A stretch of 64,000 bases of DNA from Haliotis cracherodii. Its lineage: Eukaryota. The first letter of the stretch is position 1, and every line of letters starts with the position of its first letter. Below, piece by piece: positions 51,001 to 63,000 of this stretch. Where the stretch lies: the NCBI RefSeq assembly GCF_022045235.1, contig NW_027266343.1, positions 48,918,001 through 48,982,000 on the forward strand, given 5' to 3'. The translations under genes and the position numbers were made by a program. The notes beneath the pieces were generated by a model. The model saw only the letters and a program-made list of their open reading frames with translations. It was not told the origin of the DNA and made no database searches.

Positions 51001-54000
51001 AATCAGTTTCCGATCAATAGTATCGATTTCAGTTAGGAATTTTGATAGTTTCGATTGTATTTCTAACACATCAATGAAAAACATGCAATGCTGTTCAAAT
51101 TTGTTTTTCTTTTGATCATGAGTGGTAGTAATTTACACATGGTAATGTGGAAGTTTCTTTTTCTTAAATCATTAGGGTAAAGAAAAAACAAATCAGTCAT
51201 ATCTCAAACTTTACTTTTTATTTGTTATGGTTATCACAGTTAAAGGAAACTTCAGTTCCAAGGTTTAATTCAATATCAATAGTTATCGCAATAGTGATTT
51301 CCAGACCAATAGTAACCCCTAAAAGCCAGTGATTGACATAATGAGCATCGATCCACGCCAATTGGGATACGATGAAATGCATCAACCAAGTCAGCAAGCC
51401 TGACCACCCGATCCTGATTTTATTGCAGGGTTATTATTCTGTAAGTTTGATTCACATGTTAAATGTTTTGGCATCATTCAAGAACAAAATTCAATAGAAA
51501 ATCTTGAAAATAATTCAAATTAATGTACTGACTGATAATAAGGGCAATGTCCTCACTTTTTCAGCAATTCTGCAGAAAGTTACATTTTCTGTAAATCTGT
51601 CTGTGATGGTGGAATCACAGAATTTGTCGTGGCCTTGGTCCTGTTCCACGAAGCGATCTTAGCGCTACAGTTGTCGTAAGTCTGTGTTAAAGTATGGGAG
51701 TTATGATCGCCGTAGTGCTAAGATCGCTTTGTGGAACGGGGCCCTGGTGTTTGGGCAATATACCTTCGTGCTTGAAGCGGACTTTTCAAACAAGGGGGAC
51801 GACCCCGCCTTGGCCCCGTCCTCCCCTGCTGACATCTCCTCCAACATCATCCCCTTCATCTGCTCCTCCAACGTCAACTCGATGCCCTCATTCTCCATCG
51901 TCTCCTGCTCAATGTGCTGCAGCAACCACATCAATACATCATTAAGTTATACACATCTCAAAATTGTGGTGTAGTAGAAATAAGACCACAACCTGTGGTG
52001 CAATGACAAAGGAAATGACAACAAGAGGTTCAAAAGTAAGGGAGATGACAAGAAGAGGTTCAATAGTAAGGGAGATGACAACAAGAGGTTCAATAGTAAG
52101 GGAGATGACAACAAGAGGTTCAGTAGTGAGGGAGATGACAACTAGAGGTTCAGTGTAAGGGAGATGACAACTAAAGGTTCAATAGTAAGGGAGATGACAA
52201 GAAGAGGTTCAATAGTAAGGGAGATGACAACACAAGGTTTAATAGTAAGGGAGATGACAAGAAGAGGTTCAATAGTAAGGGAGATGACAACAAAAGTTCA
52301 GTAGTGAGGTAGATGACAACAAGAGGTTCAGTGTAATGGAGATGACAACTAGAGGTTCAGTGTAAGGGAGATGACAACTAGAGGTTCAATGGTAAGGGAG
52401 ATGACAACAAGGGGTTCAATAGTAAGGGAGATGACAAGAAGAGGTTCAATAGTAAGGGAGATGACAACACAAGGTTCAATAGTAAGGGAGATGACAACAC
52501 GAGGTTCAATAGTAAGGGAGATGACAAGAAGAGGTTCAGTAGTAAGGGAGATGACAACACGAGGTTCAATAGTAAGGGGGATGACAACACGAGGTTCAAT
52601 AGTAAGGGAGATGACAAGAAGAGGTTCAGTAGTAAGGGAGATGACAACAAGAGGTTCAATGGTAAGGGAGATGACAACTAGAGGTTCAATAGTAAGGGAG
52701 ATGACAACAAGAGGTTCAATAGTAAGGGAGATGACAACAAGAGGTTCAGTAAGGAGGGAGATGACAACACGAGGTTCAATAGTAAGGGAGATGACAACAA
52801 GAGGTTCAGTAGTGAGGGAGATGACAACAAGAGGTTCAGTAGTAAGGGAGATGACAACTAGAGGTTCAATGGTAAGGGAGATGACAACTAGAGGTTCAAT
52901 AGTAAGGGAGATGACAAGAAGAGGTTCAGTAAGGAGGGAGATGACAACACGAGGTTCAATAGTAAGGGAGATGACAACACGAGGTTCAATAGTAAGGGGG
53001 ATGACAACACGAGGTTCAATAGTAAGGGAGATGACAAGAAGAGGTTCAGTAGTAAGGGAGATGACAACAAGAGGTTCAATGGTAAGGGAGATGACAACAC
53101 AAGGTTCAGTAGTAAGGGAGATGACAACAAGAGGTTCAATAGTAAGGGAGATGACAACAAGAGGTTCAGTAAGGAGGGAGATGACAACACGAGGTTCAAT
53201 AGTAAGGGAGATGACAACAAGAGGTTCAGTAGTGAGGGAGATGACAACAAGAGGTTCAGTAGTAAGGGAGATGACAACTAGAGGTTCAATGGTAAGGGAG
53301 ATGACAACTAGAGGTTCAATAGTAAGGGAGATGACAACAAGAGGTTCAATAGTAAGGGAGATGACAACAAGAGGTTCAGTAAGGAGGGAGATGACAACAC
53401 GAGGTTCAATAGTAAGGGAGATGACAACACGAGGTTCAATAGTAAGGGAGATGACAAGAGGTTCAATGGTAAGGGAGATGACAAGAAGAGGTTCAATAGT
53501 AAGGGAGATGACAAGAAGAGGTTCAGTAGTAAGGGAGATGACAACACGAGGTTCAATAGTAAGGGAGATGACAACACAAGGTTCAAAAGTAAGGGAGATG
53601 ACAACAAGAGGTTCAGTAGTGAGGGAGATGACAACAAGAGGTTCAATAGTAAGGGAGATGACAACAAGAGGTTCAGTAGTGAGGGAGATGACAACAAGAG
53701 GTTCAATAGTAAGGGAGATGACAACAAGAGGTTCAGTAGTAAGGGAGATGACAACACGAGGTTCAATAGTAAGGGAGATGACAACAAGAGGTTCAGTAGT
53801 GAGGGAGATGACAACAAGAGGTTCAGTAGTAAGGGAGATGACAAGAGGTTCAATAGTAAAGGAGATGACAACAAGAGGTTCAATAGTAAGGGAGATGACA
53901 ACAAGAGGTTCAATAGTAAGGGAGATGACAACAAGAGGTTCAATAGTAAGGGAGATGACAACAAGAGGTTCAATAGTAAGGGAGATCATAACCCATGGTG

Positions 54001-57000
54001 TAATGCTGAGGAAGATCACAACTTTAGGTTCAACGTTAAGGGAGACAACTCCTGCACTTACATCCCTCATGAGGCTGAGATGGCAGCAGCACTGACGAAG
54101 TCGCAGGAGGAGGACCAACAACTCGCTTGCCCCAGCCTTCTTTCCTTGTGGCTGAGGGACGTTGTCAAACCCTGCCCCATGGGAGGTCCACGCCCCTCCC
54201 CTCCCGCTCTGTGAACTGCTGTCCCTGAAGGGGTTGGACGATGACGAAGACTCGGAGGTACCTCGACTTATCCCCATCTCCTTCTCCTCGTGACGTTTGA
54301 CATAGTCCTGCACAGTCGATCTGGAAAAGAGCGGCTTTGATGTTCAATTCTTTGAACAAGTTTAAAAAGAGAGCTTTATGTTGTTTTCCTTTAAGTTTTT
54401 TTTGCAAGTTTGTAGTTTAATGCCTCACTCAGCTACATTCTAGCTATCAGACAGCAGTCTGATAATAATCTAGTCCGGACCAGACAATCCGGTGATCAAC
54501 CTCTTGAGTATCAATCTAAACAATTGGGATATGATGACATGCATCAACCAAGTCAGGGAGCCCGATCCCATTAGTTGCCTCTTACGACAAGCATGGGTTG
54601 CAGAAGGCCAATTGTAACCCGGATCTTCATGGGTCTAGTCTTAATGTAAAGAAGCACAGCATAACAGTTAAACTCCATGTTCGAGAATCTTAAACATATA
54701 ATAGAAGAAATGGTTATCTTAAATTCTTTTCACAAAGCCGCTTAATTCAGTATGGTCATATGTTCATGTGTTTCCATGTGTTGGCCAGTTTACTGGTGCC
54801 AAAATACACTTATCACATCATCACAAGGTACTTTCAGAACAAAAAACTGATTTCCAAGTGAGCCATGAATGCACCTGGGACCTATTTCAACCATGCCATG
54901 ATGATTTTAACCATGCCATGTTGATTTCAACCATGCCATTATGATTTCAACCATGCCATGATGATTTCAACCACGCAATGATGATTTCAACCATGCCATG
55001 TTGATTTCAACCATGCCATTATGATTTCAACCATGCCATGATGATTTCAACCACGCAATGATGATTTCAACCATGCCATGTTGATTTCAACCATAAAAGG
55101 AATTTCAAACCCTTGATATGAACAGTCTGCAAAATCATATCAACATGTTAAATAAAAAGAAAAAACTCAATTGTATGCATACAACGGAACAATGAGGCAG
55201 AGTTGAGCCGATTGTTTAGTTTGTTAAAAACATCTTACTTTGTCTGGGCAAAGACTTTGTCATATATCTTTCTCTCCTCCGGTGTCAGCTGGACCTCAGA
55301 AGTTTCTACTGACTTCGTTGGTAGATTCACCTGACGAAAAAGATGAACAATGTTCAAAGTAAATTGAGAGTTTACATGCTTTAGACTGGTGATAATTACA
55401 GTAGACAGTCTACATACCCACTGTACACAGTTTACCTACTCATTACAGATTTCTACTGCTGACTGTCGAGAGGTAAGGGAGACAAAGATGCTTACTAAAG
55501 GTTTCCCTTCTTTCCCAGTCTGGTTCTTGGTGCGTCGTAGCAGCAGCGACCTGACGATGGTGTTCAGTTTGGTCGTCCCTTGGGCTGGGGAATAATCAAG
55601 CCAACCTCTTCATTAAGATAGACCATAGTTCATGTGAGTTAGGACCTACTGTTACTGCTGTCAGCAGTATTCCAGCTATGTAACAATGGCCGGTGCATAT
55701 AACAATGGCCTGTGCATATAACAATGGCCTGTAAATATGACAATGGCCTGTGCATATAACAATGGCCTGTAAATATGACAATGGCCTGTGCATATAACAA
55801 TGGCCTGTGCATATAACAATGGCCTGTGCATATAACAATGGCCTGTGCATATAACAATGGCCTGTAAATATGACAATGGCCTGTGCATATAACAATGGCC
55901 TGTAAATATGACAATGGCCTCTGCATATAACAATGGCCTGTAAATATGACAATGGCCTGTGCATATAACAATGGCCTGTAAATATGACAATGACCTGTGC
56001 ATATAACAATGGGCTGTAAATATAACAATGGCCTGTGCATATGACAAAGGCCGGTGTATATAACAATGGCCTGTGCATATAACAATGGCCTGTGCATATA
56101 ACAATGGCCTGTAAATATGACAATGGCCTGTGCATATAACAATGGCCTGTAAATATGACAATGGCCTGTGCATATAACAATGGCCTGTGCATATAACAAT
56201 GGCCTGTGCATATAACAATGGCCTCTACATATAACAATGGCCTGTGCATATAACAATGGCCTGTAAATATGACAATGGCCTGTGCATATATGGCCTGTGC
56301 ATATAACAATGGCCTGTAAATATGACAATGGCCTGTGCATATAACAATGGCCTGTGAATATAACAATGGCCTGTGCATATGACAATGGCCGGTGCATATA
56401 ACAATGGCCTGTGCATATAACAATGGCCTGTAAATATGACAATGACCTGTGCATATAACAATGGCCTGTAAATATAACAATGGCCTGTGCATATGACAAT
56501 GGCCGGTGCATATAACAATGGCCTGTGCATATGACAATGGCCTGTGCATATAACAATGGCCTGTGCATATAACAATGGCCTGTAAATATGACAATGACCT
56601 GTGCATATAACAATGGCCTGTGCATATAACAATGGCCTGTGCATATGACAATGGCCTGTGCATATGACAATGGCCTGTGCATATAACAATGGCCTGTGCA
56701 TATAACAATGGCCTGTGCATAATCAAGTCAGTCAAACCAGTGGTAGATAGATATTGAGTGACACTTACATTTCCCCGTGTCCACATGCTTCTTCCACACC
56801 TTGTACTCATCGAATGGCGAACATCTCAGAAATCTGAAAATACACATTCAACATGGTTTTGGGTATTTTTTGATTATTATTACATAATATTTAAACTCAA
56901 AAGATGTTTCAATGAAATCTCTTTTCAGACTGAAAAAAGCTATAATACAACAGAGTATCAAATATGTTCTAAAATCAGCCATTGTAACAGAAACTATACA

Positions 57001-60000
57001 TGTTAAACCTGTCAAGTTACCATGGTTACAATGAAACAATTTCACCACATTCACGATATATGACGATTTGTTTGTCTAAGTATGTGTATGTTAAACAACA
57101 TTCCACAAAATCTGCAGTGGTCTATGCATTCGCAGTTACAATCTCATGGAATCACGTGACTGGATGGTAGAATCACGATGGCCTGTAAGTCATGAATCCT
57201 GGGCCAGGGCACAAAGTTTATTTTAGCACTACGACTATAGTAAGCCACTGTTAAAGCATGGGACTTCGTTTACCTTAGTCCTAAGTTGGCTTTGTGGAAC
57301 GGTGCCTTGGTCGTTTTTCTCACCTGAGCAGAGAGTACATATCCAGCAGGTCGTTCTGTATGGGGGTTCCAGTGAGAGCCCAGCGGAAGTTGGCTCGAAG
57401 CTTCGACACGGACATGGCTGTCAGACTCTTGTGATTCTTGATGTTGTGACCCTCGTCTAAAATTATTCTCTCCCATCCGATCCTCAACATCATCGGCTGT
57501 GGGCCTGTCTTTTCCTCTGAATCCTGATACAGCAAGTTACTCACGTTGAGGTATGAGTACTTAACACTGCAGATCCTCAATACAACTTAGCTGTAGTGAG
57601 TGAGTTTGATTTTACGCCGCTTTTAGCAATATTCCAGCAATATCACAGCAGGGACACCAGAAATGGACTTCACACATTGGACCCATGTCGGAAATCGAAC
57701 TCGGGTCTTCGGCATGATGAGCGAACGCTTTAACCACTAGGCTACCTGACCAACCCCAACTTAGCTGTAATTAATCCTGAATGCTTAACAAAGATCAGTT
57801 ACTGGGTGGGTGACGAGAAAAGGGTTTAACATCGTGTTCAAGATTATTTCACCCAAATAGTAACAGGCATACATGTGTGTATGGCTGCTTGTGCATGTCT
57901 GGAATCATGACGCTTAGTGCTAACCATGTTAAGATACCATGCCACAGTTTAACATCAATACCCTACTCAGACACAGTATACTGACTCCAAGCCAAACAGT
58001 TCTTGTTTTAATCTGTTTATGCCGAGTCCCAGGCAACAAGTACCATCTTTTAACATCTTTAGGTATCAGAAAGCATGGAATATTCTATCCACTAAAATCA
58101 AAGACCCTCTATCCACTAGACAATGGAGACAGTTAGATCCATTCTTGAACAAAATGACATGGAAAATGGCCCTATTGTGTTTGAGAAGATTTTCACAGTA
58201 CCCTGTATTAATAAAAATTCCCTTAAACTATACACACATAATGCTCCTCAAATAACTCACACATACATATATCCACTCAAATATTCCAGATACACACAGA
58301 ATATTACCTCAAAGAGCTCCTGCACATACATAAATCACTTTCTTTATCCTGTTCACCTTTTTATCATCTGTGACGGGTTCATCTGCACTCTCCCCTTTGA
58401 CGACGCCCACTTCCTTGCTGACGATGTTGTAGGTGGTCAGGACAACGTCATTCTTTGCAAGCCTGCACAGAGCACATAGTGTTTACCCACACCTTGAACA
58501 GTTTTACAAGCTTAATGTGAGAGTGAAGTCCAAAATGAGTTGAAGTAAAATGGGGTTTGACATTGCGTTCAAGATTGTTGCACTTATATAGTTGGTTGGT
58601 TGGTATGTTGTTTTACACCGCACTCACCAATATTCCAGCTATATGACGGCGGTCTGTAAATAATCAAGTCTGGACAAGACAATCCAGTATTTGACATCAT
58701 GAACATGGATCCACGCAATTTGGATACAATGACATGCATCAACCGAGTCAGCGAGCCTGACCCCCGATCCCGTTAGTTGCCTCTTATGACAATGCACTTA
58801 TATACAAGCATACACATGTACGTGTGGCTGCCTGTACTACTACTGGCCAATTTTATATTCCTAGTACACTGAGATACCATGCCGCAGTTTAACATGAAGA
58901 CCCCACTCAGACACATCATACTGACTCCGAGCCAACCAGTCCTTGTTTTAGGCCCATAATGCCGAGGGCCAAGAAAGTAACAAGTACCTTCTTTTAACAT
59001 GTTCTGGTATGACACGGACAGTCATCGAACACCTGACCTTCCGCTCTTTGGTATGACACGGACAGTCATCAAACACCTGACCTTCCGCTCTCTTGGCGGA
59101 CGCACTACCACTAGACCACAGAGGCGGCAAAGTCCAAAATGATTTAGGTTTCTACAGGTACAGGTCTGATTATAGACGGTGATACACGGTAGTGGGACTA
59201 TGGCGGCTACAACTGACTTGAGTATATTTCTCTCCCTGTTAGCTCCATGGTAGACTTCAACTTTCAGAAGTCCTGGTCGTGTTCGCTTCTCAATCTCCTT
59301 CTGCCATTGATAGATGAGGGACGCTGGACACACCACAAGAGTTGCCCGTGACGGCACGACCGATGCATCCACTGAGAAGACATAGAACATTATGACACAC
59401 ATAACTTAGAAGAGATAACGGTCAGATGGAATGGGGTTTAACGTTGCATTCAAGAATATCTTATGTCCATGTCTGAGATTGATGAGATCTGATTGGTTCA
59501 TGTGATCTTGATAAAATACTACTCCGCTACAAAGCAAAAAACTCCAATGAAAGTCAATTGACACCGCTAGATTGAACAGCCCTCTTCTGTCAATTATGAA
59601 TTTGTTTTAATTCTTTAACAACAGCATATTAAAACATGTCGGCAAGATAAAATCATTACTGTGGTATCACTCTGGGTAAATGTGGTAATAATGTCCCTCG
59701 TTTGGTTTTATAAAACGTGGAATGCATAACACGACATATACCCCTGCAGCTATTATATATAACATATTATAATATTAACAATAGAAATATGAATCAATTG
59801 GGTGTTCTTTAACTTCTTTTGGGTAGTATATATTGTTGCTTGTCAGCTCCAGGAAGTATGGAGGGAGTCCTGGGCCCCGAAATCTCTAGGGGGAATACAG
59901 TCGAGAGGTCCCCGGAATCTCTAGGGGGAATACAGTCGAGAGGTCCCCGGAATCTCTAGGGGGAATACAGTCGAGAGGTCCCCGGAATCTCTAGGGGGAA

Positions 60001-63000
60001 TACAGTCGAGAGGTCCCCGGAATCTCTAGGGGGAATACAGTCGAGAGGTCCCCGGAATCTCTAGGGGGAATACAGTCGAGAGGTCCCCGGAATCTCTAGG
60101 GGGAATACAGTCGAGAGGTCCCCGGAATCTCTAGGGGGAATACAGTCGAGAGGTCCCCGGAATCCTTTGGGGGAATACAGTCGAGAAGTTCCCGGAATCT
60201 CTAGGGTGAATACAGTCGAGAGGTCCCCGGAATCTCTAGGGGGAATACAGTCGAGAGGTCCCCGGAATCTCTAGGGGGAATACAGTCAAGAGGGAACAAG
60301 ATGGCACACCACTGTAGCTTACACTTCTCCAGTTCCTTGTCCCTGTTCAGCCAGGCTGACTTCTCCTCATCCGTGCCAGACTCCAGCATCTCCCGCTGTT
60401 TCACAATATGGGAGATCATCGTCAACGTCTTCCCAAGTCCCATATCATCAGCTGCAAACAAAACACAACTGTGTGATTACCTTTATTCTACCATGACTTT
60501 CTTAGAATCCTGCATTCAGATTGGTCCATCAACAACATCAAATACACTTTGACCATAATTTTGTCGATGACCCCATCAACACAAATGTAATTTTTGTATT
60601 CCAAAGCAACCAGTGTGCAATTTCAATGCTGACTTTTCGGAATAAACATTGTGAAACACTGTTGTGAAGCTAGATTATTTACTGTAAGTGAGTCAATATA
60701 TTTCAGTGAGAAAATGGCCTGGATGAACAGGAACCAAGTATATTGTGAAATTCAAGTGTTCACATCAGTTTTCACGTTTACAACTCCATAAATGTAAAAA
60801 CATATAAAAGTCAACTCTTTATATGAATATGTCAACAATAACAACTTCAGAGAATGCTTATACAATCATTAACAAACAAAAACCTCAGGACAACAATAAG
60901 AAATCAGTTACATCAAAAAGTGCGATCATGCAACACAAGCCCTGGACATTCCGTGTTCAGCCAATCAGGAAACAGTAGTCCATTATTGGGCAGGGCCTGT
61001 TTTTTTTCGGTTAACTTGAATTTGATGATTAATATCATAACATGTCGCCATAACGATGGTGTGTACTTAAGAACGAGTGAGTTGGATGTCAAGCTGCTTT
61101 GAACACTATTCCAGTTACATCACGGCATGTCATCTTGATCTGTGAGGAAAGCCCAAATTGATGCAGGCAGAGACGTTTACCTCTTAAGTGAAACCCACGA
61201 ACATGGGTATGGTGCTGACAAACCTAGAAACATAATCAGGACCAACCAGGATCCAAACCCACAATCATAGGTTTCTGACACACCAAGGGACACAACTGCA
61301 GTGCCTCCGATGACCAGGCCATCCATCATATTTGAAACCTTGTCTAGTAAGCCTCAGATGACAGCATGTCCCCTTGTACTTCAGGACTAACTCTAGGCCT
61401 TGTTTCGTTTTCTTGAATAACACATACAGGGTCTCTATTGTCTAGTGTCTCTTATAAACCTCCAGTGACATCATCCTATTGTTCTCCAGTTAGGTTAAAT
61501 TTCATAAACATGGATATTTTACACACCGTTCTGGGTTTTTTATATTTAGAACTTCCGGAGCTATTGTAACATCTGGATGTCCCTCAATAGAGACACATTT
61601 TGCATTTGATTATTTTTTGTCTTTTTGTTTCACGCCGCACTCAGCAATATTCCAGCTATATGACAACGGTCTGAAAATAATTGAGTCTGGACCAGACAAT
61701 CCAGTGATTGATATCACGAGCATCGATCCACGCTTCACAGGACATTTTGCATTTGAACACAATGTAGACCAGGGGATGGGAGGAATGATGTAAAATCAAA
61801 TGACAGTGGCTCATGCAATCTTCATATCTGTTATCAGGTGAGTGAATCACTAGACAACAGAGGCGCTGACAAATCACAACACTTTTAAGAACCTCTTTTT
61901 CAAATACATGTCCCAGAAGACATATTTTCCTATGGTTCTGGGAAAGTAAGTTTAAAGCATAAAATTATTGATAAATGTTCTGTAAAATTTGGGTTAAATG
62001 ATACACTTCTCCTTTGGCTTACACAAGGGCTAATTGGAGCAGTGCATTTTATATGTCAAACATGGTCAACAAAAGTTACGGACAGACCTACCCAGAATTC
62101 CTCCACACGGTGTTTGTTTCTCTCGCCATGACAACCAAGCTAGGGCCTGTCTCTGGTGGATCATGAGGGGAACGGTCAGACCCCGGGGGTCCTCCAGCTC
62201 CTCACTCTCTGAGGGACACGACTCCAGCTGCCTGGCAACAGGGGAGGTAATCCATGCACAAGGAACATTGTACAAGTTAACTGTAAATGTGGTTATTGGT
62301 CTCCCTTTAGAGACACCCCAGCATAACAACAGAGTAGTCTCCCTTTAGAGACAACATAGCATAACAACAGAGTGGTCTCCCTTTAGAGACACCCCAGCAT
62401 AACAACAGAGTAGTCTCCCTTTAGAGACAACATAGCATAACAACAGAGTGGTCTCCCTTTAGAGACACCCCAGCATAACAACAGAGTAGTCTCCCTTTAG
62501 AGACAACCTAGCATTACAACAGAGTAGTCTCTCTTTAGAGACACCCAGCATCACAACCGACTGGTCACAACAGAGTGGTCTACTCTTAGAGACACCCCAG
62601 CATAACAACAGAGGTCTGCTTTTAGAGACAACCTAGCATTACAACAGAGTAGTCTCCCTTTTGAGACAACCAGCATCACAACAGACTGGTCTGTTTTAAG
62701 AGACACCCTAGCATCACAATGGACTAGTCACAACACAGTAGTCCCCCTTTAAAGACACTCCAACAGCACAACAGAGTGGTCCCCCTTTAAAGACAGACTA
62801 GTCATGGCTGACCTACTTGTGCAGTTTCTCCAGAGCCTCCTTTGTGATGGAGGAGACCTCCCGGAGTCTTGCCCCAGTCATCCTGCCCCCGTACAGCTGC
62901 ATGGCCTGGGGGTTCGCTGAAACAGCACCCGTTCTTGAATAAGTACAGATCTAATGCAATCATTTCAACCATATTACAATGTTTACAATCAGCTGTTTTT

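Noticed and set aside
55596-56810. His/Cys-rich ORFs resembling metal-binding repeats
   Set aside because: Translations of the SINE-derived 19/20-bp array inside a TTF2 intron.
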